Shown here: in pieces, positions 49,225 through 60,363 of the stretch | Layout of the letters: each line of letters begins with the position of its first letter | Numbering within the stretch: the first letter of the stretch is position 1 | NCBI GenBank assembly: GCA_048320885.1 | Contig: JBLWFJ010000001.1 | Span: forward strand, 1,669,642 to 1,733,641 | DNA: 64,000 nt | Source: Nannocystaceae bacterium ST9 | Lineage (GTDB): Bacteria > Myxococcota_A > Polyangia > Nannocystales > Nannocystaceae | Reading direction: 5' to 3' | Made by a program: the position numbers and the translations under genes | Notes under the pieces: generated by a model | Seen by the model: the letters and a program-made list of their open reading frames with translations, nothing else | Told to the model about the DNA's origin: nothing | The model's database searches: none

Positions 49225-50196
49225 CTAAAACCAAACCTGATAGCCGACGAAGCTCTCCAACCAAGTCCCGAACGGCGTCACCCTGCGCCCATCCGTCGGC
49301 CCGAGCGGGTTCACCAGGATCGTCCGGTTCGAGAACACCTGCTGAACCGCGACCCCGAGCGTCAAGCCCTGGTTGTTGGTGATCGGCACGCCGAGGCTGA
49401 GGCCGCCGCGGACCAGGCCGTTGAACGCGTTGAGGCCGTCGTCGTCGGCGCTGTCGGCCGAGTTGGCGCGCGCGAAGTTGGAGACGGCGAAGCCTCCCGA
49501 GCCGCCGATCTGCAAGAACACCGGGCCGAGCGGGATCTCGAACGAGGGGCCGAGCGAGACGTCGGTGTGGCTCAGCAGGCTGATTCGGGTGATCGTGCTG
49601 CCGCCTTCGACGACCTCGTAGTCGTCGCGCTGCTGCCAGCGGGTGTGGCCGGCGTGCAGCTCGACGCCGAAGCGCGACTTGACGACGCGCGCGAAGTGGA
49701 TGCGGACTTGAGCGGCGAGGCCCCAGGCGATCGGTTGGATGACCTCGCGGCCGCCTGCGAGCTGAACGCCGAGCCGGGCCGCGGCGCCGACCGAGTAGGT
49801 CGGCTTGCGGAAGGGCCGGATCAGCACGTTGTTGCCGCGTCGAACGGCGGACTTGCGGGCGGCCGTGGGCGCGTAGGGCATGCCGTCGAGCGTGCGCTCG
49901 TCGATGGTCCACACGGCGGGGGCGAGCGGCGCTTCGTCTTCGTCCTCGTCTTCGTAGGGATCGGGGATCTCGACGCCTTCGGTCTCGCCGGGCGGTGCGG
50001 TGCCGGGTGGGCGACCGTCTTCGTGGACCGTCTCGTCGCCGGGCTCGGTCGGCTCGCTCGGCGGCGGGAATTCGATCGAGGGCGGGGGCGGCTCGTGGTG
50101 GGCGCTCGGATCGGGCTCGACCGCCGGCTTCGCTTCGGGCGGAGGCGCGAGGGTCGAGAGCAACACGAGGGCGAGGGCCGACACCGCGGGGAACAT
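49225..50196 (-). CDS. Outer-membrane beta-barrel-like protein.
   Basis: The internal start gives MFPAVSALALVLLSTLAPPPEA. A P/E-rich linker follows. The C-terminal half has alternating hydrophobic beta-strand patterns and ends in an aromatic residue (YQVWF). Confidence 0.55.
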   Translation of the reverse strand: MFPAVSALALVLLSTLAPPPEAKPAVEPDPSAHHEPPPPSIEFPPPSEPTEPGDETVHEDGRPPGTAPPGETEGVEIPDPYEDEDEDEAPLAPAVWTIDERTLDGMPYAPTAARKSAVRRGNNVLIRPFRKPTYSVGAAARLGVQLAGGREVIQPIAWGLAAQVRIHFARVVKSRFGVELHAGHTRWQQRDDYEVVEGGSTITRISLLSHTDVSLGPSFEIPLGPVFLQIGGSGGFAVSNFARANSADSADDDGLNAFNGLVRGGLSLGVPITNNQGLTLGVAVQQVFSNRTILVNPLGPTDGRRVTPFGTWLESFVGYQVWF

Positions 50197-50230
50197 AGCC
50201 GCGATCCCGGTTCGCGGATAGCATCCGGCG

Positions 50231-51412
50231 GTGTCCGTGCGCGTCGAGTTGCGCCGCGATGCCGGCAAGATCGAGCCGGCCGGCGGCCCGTGGATCCGCC
50301 GCGAGCAGGTCGCTCGGGTGCTCGGCCCGCCGGATCCGCTGGCGATCGCGGAGCTGGTCGATCACCGCGGGACGACGCTGGGGTTCGGGGTCTACTCGCC
50401 GGAGTCGGCGATCGTCTTGCGCATGCTGAGCTTCGGCGGGGCGGCGCCGGCCCGCGACTGGCTGGCCCGGCGGATCGAGCGAGCGCTGGCCGCCCGCGCG
50501 GCGCTGGGGCTCGAGCGCGAGGGCACGACCGGCTACCGCGAGATCAACAGCGAGGGCGACGGGCTGCCGGGGCTGGTCGTCGATCGCTTCGGCGAGGTGC
50601 GAGTGGTGCAGATCACGACGGCGCCGATGGCCGCCCGCCGCGAGGCGATCGTCGCGGCGCTGCGCGAGGTCCCGGGGCTGATCGTGATCGCGCCCGACTC
50701 GGCGGCCTCGCGCGAGGGCTTCACGGCCGGGCTCGAGAGCTTCGGCGCGATCGAGGGGCCGCTGCGCTGGCGCGAGCATGGGCTGACCTTCACGGCGCCC
50801 TCGCCCGCGGCGCTCGGCTCGTTTCAGAAGACCGGGGGCTACCACGATCAACGCGACAACCGAGCCCGGGTCGCGGCGCTGCTCGGGGGCTCGCCGATCG
50901 CCGGGCCGCTGGTCGACCTCGGCACGCACGTGGGTGGGTTCGCGCTCGCGGCCGCCAAGCGGGGCCGCGAGGTGATCGCGATCGATCAGAGCCGCGAGCT
51001 GCTCGGCTACGTCGAGCGCAACGCCGAGGCCAACGGTCTGCGGGTCACGCCGCTCGCCGCCGACATGTTCGGAGAGCTCGGCGAGCCGACGCTGCGCGGG
51101 CCCTTCGCGGCGCTGGTGTTCGATCCGCCCAAGATCGCCAACAGTCGGCGCGAGCTCCCGCGCGCGCTCGGGGCCATGACGCGCACGCTGGCCAAGCTGG
51201 CCCCGCGCGTGGCCGAGGGCGGGTTCGTGGTCGTGTGCTCGTGCAGCCACCACCTCGACGGCGAGCAGCTCGATCGGGCGATGCTCGAGCTCGCGACGCG
51301 CGGGCAGGCGTGGACGCGGATCGCCGCGTGGGGCCCGGGGATGGATCACCCGGTCTGGCCGGGCCACCGCGAGGGCGAGTACCTGCGCGTGCGCGTGTAT
51401 CAGCGCCGCTGA
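50231..51412 (+). CDS. Class I SAM-dependent rRNA methyltransferase (RlmI/RlmK-like).
   Basis: The SAM-binding motif reads VDLGTHVGGFALAAA and the DPPK motif reads LVFDPPKIA. The domain order is a PUA-like N-terminus followed by the methyltransferase. Confidence 0.75.
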   Translation: MSVRVELRRDAGKIEPAGGPWIRREQVARVLGPPDPLAIAELVDHRGTTLGFGVYSPESAIVLRMLSFGGAAPARDWLARRIERALAARAALGLEREGTTGYREINSEGDGLPGLVVDRFGEVRVVQITTAPMAARREAIVAALREVPGLIVIAPDSAASREGFTAGLESFGAIEGPLRWREHGLTFTAPSPAALGSFQKTGGYHDQRDNRARVAALLGGSPIAGPLVDLGTHVGGFALAAAKRGREVIAIDQSRELLGYVERNAEANGLRVTPLAADMFGELGEPTLRGPFAALVFDPPKIANSRRELPRALGAMTRTLAKLAPRVAEGGFVVVCSCSHHLDGEQLDRAMLELATRGQAWTRIAAWGPGMDHPVWPGHREGEYLRVRVYQRR

Positions 51413-53097
51413 GGGCCGGGCCGCTCGAACACTCGCTCGCCCTCGAGCCAGGTCTGCTCGACCTGGACCTCCGAGAGCTCGGCCGGCGCGATCGCGAAGG
51501 GGTCGCGGTCGACGATCACGAAGTCCGCTCGCTTGCCGACCTCGAGGCTGCCGACGAGCGCCTCCGAGAACGTGACCTCGGCCGCGGCCGAGGTGTAGGC
51601 CCGCAGCGCGGTGTCGAGGTCGATGCGCTGGTCGGGGCCGAGCCGCTCGCCGGCGTCCGCGTGCGGATCCTGGCGGGTGATCGCGACCTCGATCGCTTCG
51701 AAGGGGTTCATCGAGCTGACCGACCAGTCGGAGCCGGCGACGATCGTCGCGCCAGCGGCATGCAGGGCGCCGATCGGGTAGAGCCGGGTCGAGCGCGGCT
51801 CGCCGATCACCGGTCGCGTCAGCTCGCGGACGTAGGGGTCGGGCCAGGCCCAGAGCATCTGAAAATTCGCGTAGGCGCCGAGCGCCGCGAAGCGAGCGAG
51901 ATCGTCGGGGTGCACGAGCTCGAGGTGGGCGAGCTGGGGTCGACGATCACGCGGACCATTGGCGCGCGCGACCGCTTCGACGACGTCGAGGAATTGTCGG
52001 GCCGCGCCGTCGCCGATGACGTGGGCGTGGAGCTGGAAGCCGAGCGCGTCGAGCTCGATCGCGGCCCGCTCGAGCACTTCGTCGGTGTAGTAGGGCGCCG
52101 GCAAGTCGCCGTCGAGGTAGGGCTCGAGCAAGTGGGCGGTGCCCGACTCGAGGATCCCGTCGACGAAGAACTTGACCGCGTCGACCTCGACGCGCTCGCT
52201 CGAGTATCGCCGGCGCAGTTCGACGACGCGCTCGAGCTCGCCCGGCTCGCCCGGCTCGAACCATGCGGCGGCGTGGACCCGCAGCGTGAGCGTCCCGGCG
52301 GCCTCGGCTCGCGCGTACCCGGCCAGCATCCACTCGCGGACGCTGGCGTCGACGATCGTGGTGATGCCGAAGCCCTTGGCCTCGCGCAGCGCTTCGGCCA
52401 GGCCGCGGTCGACCTGGGCGTCGGCGTGCGGCGGGATCCGATCGGCGACGAGATCGATCGCGGCTTCGTGCAGGATGCCGGTCGGGACGCCCTCGTCGTC
52501 GCGCTCGATCCGACCGCGCGGAGGATCGGGCGTGCTCGCGTCGATGCCCGCGCGGGCGAGCGCGACGGCGTTGACGAGCGCGCTGTGGCCATCGACCGAG
52601 ATCAGGAAGACCGGGCGATCGGCGAGGACGGCGACGTCGAGCTGCGAGGCGTGCAGCGAGCCGGCGAAGCTGGCCATGTCCCAGCCGCCGCCGCGCACCC
52701 AGGCCGCGTCGGGGTGCTGCTCGGCCCAGGTCGCGACGGCCTCGACCAGCGCGTCGACGCTCTCGACCGCGGCGAGGTCGACGTCGAGCCGCTCGGTCCC
52801 GCCGGCGATCAGGTGGGTGTGCACGTCGTGGAAGCCGGGCAGCACGACCCGATCGCCGAGCTCGAGGATCGCGGCGCCTCGATCGGCGTGGGCGCGCGCG
52901 GTCTGGTCGTCGCCGACATGCACGATCGCGCCGGCACGGATCACCATCGCCTCGGCGACCGTGCCGGCTTCGTCCATGGTGTGGATCGTGCCGCCGCGGA
53001 GGATCAGCGTGGTCGCGTGGGTGGGGTCGACCGAGGCCGCGCGCTCGCAGGCCGCGAGCACCACAGCCACGATCGGCGTCCACCCGGCGAGCCGCAC
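51400..53097 (-). CDS. Amidohydrolase-family metal-dependent hydrolase lipoprotein.
   Basis: It has an LAAC lipobox and PGFHDVHTHL (the HxH metal site). It is 565 aa. Confidence 0.8.
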   Translation of the reverse strand: MRLAGWTPIVAVVLAACERAASVDPTHATTLILRGGTIHTMDEAGTVAEAMVIRAGAIVHVGDDQTARAHADRGAAILELGDRVVLPGFHDVHTHLIAGGTERLDVDLAAVESVDALVEAVATWAEQHPDAAWVRGGGWDMASFAGSLHASQLDVAVLADRPVFLISVDGHSALVNAVALARAGIDASTPDPPRGRIERDDEGVPTGILHEAAIDLVADRIPPHADAQVDRGLAEALREAKGFGITTIVDASVREWMLAGYARAEAAGTLTLRVHAAAWFEPGEPGELERVVELRRRYSSERVEVDAVKFFVDGILESGTAHLLEPYLDGDLPAPYYTDEVLERAAIELDALGFQLHAHVIGDGAARQFLDVVEAVARANGPRDRRPQLAHLELVHPDDLARFAALGAYANFQMLWAWPDPYVRELTRPVIGEPRSTRLYPIGALHAAGATIVAGSDWSVSSMNPFEAIEVAITRQDPHADAGERLGPDQRIDLDTALRAYTSAAAEVTFSEALVGSLEVGKRADFVIVDRDPFAIAPAELSEVQVEQTWLEGERVFERPGPQRR

Positions 53098-53106
53098 GGC
53101 GAGCGC

Positions 53107-53844
53107 TCAGCTACCGGCGAGCAGGCTGAGCATGCGCTGGACCCCGCCACGCAGCGGCTGGGGCAGCGCCTTGCGGGTGACCTCGAGCATCGGCACGACC
53201 AGGTGATCGCCGATCGCGTCGGCGGCCGCGACGAAGCCCTCGGGCAGCGGCTTGAAGTGGAGGTCGAGGTGATCGCCCTCGGTCTCGATCCCGTCGAGGG
53301 TCATCAGCGAGGTCATCAGGCCGAGCACGTGGCGGACCCGCGGATCGTTGGCCAGCTTGGGCACGCGCATCAGATCGAGCACGACCCGGTTGCCGTGCGA
53401 GTCGACGATCATCTCGGGCATGTCGGGCAGGTGCTGGACGAGGTCGCCGGGGCGCGAGAGGTCGAGCGAGCGGGTGATCAGCAGCGCGGAGATCTGCGAC
53501 TTGTGGGTGCCGATCGGGATCAGCGAGACGTCCTCGAGCCGCAGCTCGATCCGCATCTCGTCGGGCTTGAGCGCGATTCGATCGATGTAGAGCACCGCGC
53601 TGGCTCGCACGCGGGTCTTCATCATGTCGAAGGTGGCGCCCATGCGCAGGCCGGGCGCCTTCGCGCCGATCTCGAGGTCCTCGACCTTCTCGGGGTCGGC
53701 GAGCTCGGCCGCCAACCAGCGAAACGCCGAGAGCGGGACGCCCAGGCGCATGCCCATCGCGTTGCGGACGACCCGACTGAGCTCTTCCGGGTGGCGCCGA
53801 AGATAGCCTCGCGCGGCGTTCAGGATGTTGCCGGGTCGCAGCAT
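53107..53844 (-). CDS. Hypothetical protein (about 246 aa), 9 nt upstream of the amidohydrolase gene.
   Basis: The internal start is MLRPGNILNAARGY. The upstream part of the track ORF is R/S-rich junk. Confidence 0.45.
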   Translation of the reverse strand: MLRPGNILNAARGYLRRHPEELSRVVRNAMGMRLGVPLSAFRWLAAELADPEKVEDLEIGAKAPGLRMGATFDMMKTRVRASAVLYIDRIALKPDEMRIELRLEDVSLIPIGTHKSQISALLITRSLDLSRPGDLVQHLPDMPEMIVDSHGNRVVLDLMRVPKLANDPRVRHVLGLMTSLMTLDGIETEGDHLDLHFKPLPEGFVAAADAIGDHLVVPMLEVTRKALPQPLRGGVQRMLSLLAGS

Positions 53845-53968
53845 GGAGGCCGAGCATACGAGAATCCGTCGCCGGGCGTCTGCGGAGCGGGTCACGTCGA
53901 CGCGCGGGCGGCCGAGACCGGTCGCGGACACCGCGCGGACTCGTGCACGGGTGATATGCTGCGCGCCG

Positions 53969-56220
<2,252 letters not shown>

Positions 56221-56224
<4 letters not shown>

Positions 56225-56727
56225 GCGAGCTGGTCTTCGATCACGTCGGCAGCTTTCACTGCGAGGGCAAGCTGATCCTCTGCGACGTCGAGTGGCTCGA
56301 TCCTCGCTTGGCCGGGATGCAGCGCGGCAACCTTCGCCTCGACCTCGAGCTCGACGTGGTGCCCGGCGGCTGGCAGGCGCTGGTCGCCCGCGAGGCCGGC
56401 AAGGACGCGATCCACTTCGTCGTGCTCAGCCACGACGACGAGCTCGACGAACCAACGCCGCTCGATCAAGCCGAGTCGATCGGCCTGCTGCGGATCGACT
56501 CGGGCCGGATCGCCGCGCTGGTGCCCGAGCTGCGCGCCGACGAGCGCGTGCGAACGACCGCGCTGGCGACCGAGCGCGAGGATCTGCCGGCGATGATCCG
56601 CATGCCCGAGCGCGAGCACGACGAGCCCGGCGGCGCGCTCTTCGATGTCGACACCGCCGGTGTGTTCGCCGTCTACGCGCCGCCCGGCGTGCCGCGGACC
56701 GCCCTGTTCCTGGCGCTCGCCGTCTGA
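56221..56727 (+). CDS. Hypothetical protein (about 168 aa), GTGA-coupled to the RCC1 gene.
   Basis: GTG at 56221 overlaps the TGA at 56222..56224 and lies in the frame of artefact ORF 49567..56727. The protein starts MSELVFDHVGSFHCEGKLILCDVEW. Confidence 0.5.
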
Positions 56728-56728
56728 G

Positions 56729-57664
56729 TCAGTTCGACTTGCCTTCGGCCTCGGCCGGCTTCGTGTCGGCCGGCTTCGCCTCGGCCGGCTTCGCCTCGGC
56801 CGGCTTCGCGTCCGCGCCCTTGGGCGCCTCGAGCTTGCCGGGCTGCCCGACCGGACCGGTCGGATCCCCGGGCGGCGGCACGACGCCGTCGACCGGCACC
56901 GCGTCGATCGGAGCGATCGGGGTGGTCGGGATGGCCGGAGCCGGCGGCTCGGCGTCGCGGCAGCACAGGATCCCGCCGTTGCGATCCGAGGTGACCGACG
57001 AGCAGCCCTGCGCCTTGCCGACCGAGATCGGCGTGGCCGCGGGCCAGACCGAGTCCTTGCACTTGCCGTAGTCGCAGAGCTGACCGCAGCAGATCGGCTC
57101 GGCGCCGAAGCCCTCGTCGAGGCAGGGGTAGCGCGTGGTCGGGCCGGGCTCGGGCGCGCACTCTTTCTTCTTGAGCACGTGGCTGATCGCGGCGACGAAC
57201 TTGCCCGGGCCCGCGCCTTCGCGGCACTCCTGCGCGCTGACCCGCTCGGTCAGATCTTTGTAGTCGCCATCGCGGGCGCACAGGTGCCAGCCCGGCGAGC
57301 ACACGTCGGCCGGCGATCCACACACCTCGAGGTCGTCGCCGCAGGCCTTGCTGGTCTTGCCCTTGCGCAGCGTCATCTCGCCGTCCCACACGCCGAGGCA
57401 GCCGGCGATGTCGGGGAACTTGGCGAGATCGGCGAAGCCCTCGCGCTGACCATCGGCGCATCCGACCGCCGCCGGATCGCCTCCACGCGGCGACTCGGTG
57501 AAGGTCACGTCGGTCAGCGACTCCGGAGCGTCGTCGGCGATCTTGGCGTTCTTGTCGACCTTCTTGGCCTGGTTCTTCGACGAGGGACCACCACAGGCGA
57601 CGAGGGTCAGCGAGGTCAGCGAGATCAAGACGGACAGAGCGAACGAACCGCGGAAGTGCATGGC
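56729..57664 (-). CDS. Cys-rich lipoprotein with C-terminal AEAKP repeats.
   Basis: The internal start gives MHFRGSFALSVLISLTSLTLVAC (lipobox). About 16 Cys are present. The C-terminus reads AKPAEAKPAEAKPADTKPAEAEGKSN. Confidence 0.55.
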   Translation of the reverse strand, partial: AMHFRGSFALSVLISLTSLTLVACGGPSSKNQAKKVDKNAKIADDAPESLTDVTFTESPRGGDPAAVGCADGQREGFADLAKFPDIAGCLGVWDGEMTLRKGKTSKACGDDLEVCGSPADVCSPGWHLCARDGDYKDLTERVSAQECREGAGPGKFVAAISHVLKKKECAPEPGPTTRYPCLDEGFGAEPICCGQLCDYGKCKDSVWPAATPISVGKAQGCSSVTSDRNGGILCCRDAEPPAPAIPTTPIAPIDAVPVDGVVPPPGDPTGPVGQPGKLEAPKGADAKPAEAKPAEAKPADTKPAEAEGKSN

Positions 57665-57675
57665 CCGGGACTGTA

Positions 57676-58356
57676 TCAGCGAATCGCCCCGGCGCGGCGG
57701 AGCAACTCCTGGACCTCGTTGACGAAACCGTTGCGGCCACTCGCGTCGTCGGTCATCGTCTCCGACAGCCCGTCGAGCAGCAGCGGCAGCGTGTAGGTCG
57801 AGGGGTTGCAGCAGAGCAACCACTCGCGCATCTGATCGTGCATGCCGGTCCGGGCTTCGTCGGCGCTGCGACCCAGGCGTTGGCGGTAGCGCTGGTAGAT
57901 CGCCTCGATCTCGCGCAGGACCGGGCCGAGGCCGGAGGTCAGCAGCTGTTGGATCTCGTCGTCGGTCTCGTCGCTGGTCGGGGCCGCGACCACGGCCTCG
58001 CCGTCGAGCACCCGTTGCAGTCGGAGCAGCTCGCGGTCGAGCAGGGCGCGGATCACCTTGGTGTCGGTGTCGCGCTCGATCAGCGCGACGAGGATCGCGT
58101 CTTCGTGCAGCGGGCGGACCATCATCCGCGAGGGGCCGAAGTTGATCAGCAGCTCGCGCAGGGGCGCGGCCGCGGTCGTCGACGCGACGACCATGCGGCG
58201 GACGGTCTTGGCCACGTCGTTGGCGGCGGCCGGCTGTAGACCCGAGTGGGCCCCGTTGCCGAGCGCTCCTTCGGCGTTGGCGATCATCGCCCCGCGCACG
58301 CCCTCGACGTTGGCGATCTCGCGGAGCAGGCCGAGCACTTCGTCGTCACGAGACAT
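57676..58356 (-). CDS. Roadblock/LC7 (MglB-like) domain protein with a C-terminal extension.
   Basis: The N-terminal 110 aa (LLREIANVEGVRGAMIANAEGAL...AILVALIERDTDTKVIR) fit the roadblock pattern. Confidence 0.5.
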   Translation of the reverse strand: MSRDDEVLGLLREIANVEGVRGAMIANAEGALGNGAHSGLQPAAANDVAKTVRRMVVASTTAAAPLRELLINFGPSRMMVRPLHEDAILVALIERDTDTKVIRALLDRELLRLQRVLDGEAVVAAPTSDETDDEIQQLLTSGLGPVLREIEAIYQRYRQRLGRSADEARTGMHDQMREWLLCCNPSTYTLPLLLDGLSETMTDDASGRNGFVNEVQELLRRAGAIR

Positions 58357-58398
58357 CGCGGGTCATCATGGTAACGCAATCATGGTCACGCAGGCGCG

Positions 58399-59661
58399 TC
58401 AGTCGTAGCCCATGATCTCGTCGCGGACCTGCTCGGGATCGTGACCGGCCGCGATCGAGAGCACGGCCGAAGTCGCACCCATGCCGACCATGACCAGCTG
58501 CTGGCCGGTCTCGACTCGGGCGATCACCCCGTCGAACACGTTGTAGCCGAGCGAGCGAGCAATCCGCGCGGCGCCGCGCATGTAGAACCCGGCCAGCGTG
58601 ACCAAGGGCGCGTTGGTCTGCATCTTCTCGGCCAGCACCTTGCCGGTGCTCGAGATGATCGCGACCCCGTTGACGCCTTCGAACTCGAAGAACTGCCCGA
58701 GCATGAGCTCGCGGGTCTCCGGGTCGTCGAGCAGGCCGCTGGCCGAGTGAGTGCTGTCGGCGGCGGTGTGATGGTGATGATGGCGATGATCCTCGACGAG
58801 ATCGATCTCGCCGGTCTCGTTCATGCTGAGCGCGGCGCTCGGCCGACCCGCGGACTCGTCGGACTTGGCCTCGGGCTCGTCCTCGTTGAGATCGGCGAAC
58901 GAGGACTCGTCGTCGTGGCTGGCCTCGTGGCCCTTGGGATCCTCGCCGAGGATGCCCTCGTCCATCTGGCGGGCGGCCTCCATCAGCAGGCCGGTGCTCG
59001 AGCCCATGATCGTCCGCTTGGGCGGGGGCTGGTAGAGCATCTCGGTGAAGGTGCCGCGCCCGACCGCGAGCATCTTGTAGAAGGCCAGCTCGCCGCGCCA
59101 CTGCTGGAAGGTCGCGTGGACGATGTCGCCGTGCTCGAACCAGATCAGGCCCTCGCTGATCGGCGTGGCGATCTTGACCATCTTGTCGCGACCCGAGAGC
59201 GCGACCATCTGCACGTAGTCGAAGAGCTCGACCTCGATCGAGTTGCCGTAGAAGCCTCGCCGCGGGCCGAGATCTTCGACCAGCCCGATCAGGGTCGAGA
59301 GCTCGACCGGCTTCTCGAGCAGGCGGATCGTCGGCTGCTTGCCGTACTCGAGCCGGATCGCCTCGGTGATGTAGCCCGACAAGATCAGCACCTTGGTCGA
59401 GGGGCTGTAGCTGCCGAGCCACTGGACCAACTCGATGCCGTCGCCGCCGGGCATGCGCAGGTCGGTGATGACGATGTCGTAGGGCTGGGTCCGCAGACGA
59501 TCGATCGCTTGGCGAACCGTGCTGGCCGAGTCGGCGTGGTGGCCAGCCTTGCGCAAGCCGCGCTCGATCGCGAAGCGGAGGTTCACCTCGTCGTCGACCA
59601 CCAACACGCGGATGGCATGCAGCAGAGATGCACGACTCGGCTCGGACACGGGGAGGTGCAT
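58399..59661 (-). CDS. Response regulator with a receiver domain + DUF4388 + a C-terminal roadblock-like domain (420 aa).
   Basis: The receiver reads VLVVDDEVNLRF...DIVITDLRMPGGDGIEL...KVLILSGY. The DUF4388-like part reads FDYVQMVALSGRDKMVKI. An H-rich linker (HRHHHHH) precedes a roadblock-like end (GVNGVAIISSTGKVLA). Confidence 0.75.
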   Translation of the reverse strand: MHLPVSEPSRASLLHAIRVLVVDDEVNLRFAIERGLRKAGHHADSASTVRQAIDRLRTQPYDIVITDLRMPGGDGIELVQWLGSYSPSTKVLILSGYITEAIRLEYGKQPTIRLLEKPVELSTLIGLVEDLGPRRGFYGNSIEVELFDYVQMVALSGRDKMVKIATPISEGLIWFEHGDIVHATFQQWRGELAFYKMLAVGRGTFTEMLYQPPPKRTIMGSSTGLLMEAARQMDEGILGEDPKGHEASHDDESSFADLNEDEPEAKSDESAGRPSAALSMNETGEIDLVEDHRHHHHHTAADSTHSASGLLDDPETRELMLGQFFEFEGVNGVAIISSTGKVLAEKMQTNAPLVTLAGFYMRGAARIARSLGYNVFDGVIARVETGQQLVMVGMGATSAVLSIAAGHDPEQVRDEIMGYD

Positions 59662-59989
59662 CTTACCTGTCCCTTGGTACCAGCGACACCCGTACCTAGC
59701 AGATCCACCAACGCAAGGTTTGGCCCTCGGGCCGGGCTCGCTTTCGGATCGTTCGCGCGACTATGCGCACATATAGTGAATAATCCATCTTTTGAGTAAG
59801 TTTTGTTAGTTAATGAGTGGTCCAGATCGTCATTGGAAGTTTCACAGGCATACTGGAATCAGGAATTCAGGCTCTGTTCATGCTTCACTGCCAAAGCACG
59901 GCACTGGGGCATTTCTCCGCATATTTTTCTTGTACTTTCCAATGCACTTTGTTCTTTACTGCGCATCGTGAACCCACTATCGTTGGGAC

Positions 59990-60214
59990 ATGCCGATCGC
60001 AATGGAATCCCTCAACCTCGCCGACGCCGAACGGAAACTGTGTGAGGAAGCCCTCCGCACCGCGGGCAGCATCGTGGAAGCCGCGAACCTGCTCGGGATC
60101 ACTCGTCACGCGCTCAAGCGGCGCATCGTGAAGCACCAGATCGAGTGGCCGCGCCCGCGGATGACCAACCTTCCCCGCACCGTCGACGTGCTGCGTCCGG
60201 TCCCGGCTTTCTGA
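59990..60214 (+). CDS. Small Fis-type HTH protein (74 aa), speculative.
   Basis: SIVEAANLLGITRHALKRRIVKHQI is a Fis/NtrC C-terminal HTH. It follows an AT-rich stretch (about 59740..59990). Confidence 0.4.
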   Translation: MPIAMESLNLADAERKLCEEALRTAGSIVEAANLLGITRHALKRRIVKHQIEWPRPRMTNLPRTVDVLRPVPAF

Positions 60215-60363
60215 GCCCCCCCCAGCTCCACGGCCTTAGCCCCCCAACCGGCTCGCAGCCCCCTCGTCGGCGAGCCGCACCAACAACAACCCCCGGCTCG
60301 GCCCCGAGCGTCTGGCAGATCCCCCGCCAGGCCCTCGGGGTCGAGCCAATTCGCGCGAAGCGT

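Noticed and set aside
45394-49230. tRNA-Lys-associated integrative island.
   Set aside because: No integrase, excisionase or direct repeat of the tRNA 3' end was found in the window. The lower-GC islet starts 1.2 kb after the tRNA, so only a weak compositional hint remains. It is reported as a finding, not as a mobile element.
59700-59990. Possible sigma-54 (-24/-12) promoter in the AT-rich stretch. GGCAC-like strings occur near ccaaagcacggcactgggg.
   Set aside because: The spacing between the GG and GC elements does not fit TGGCAC-N5-TTGC on either strand. No enhancer-binding protein context is evident.
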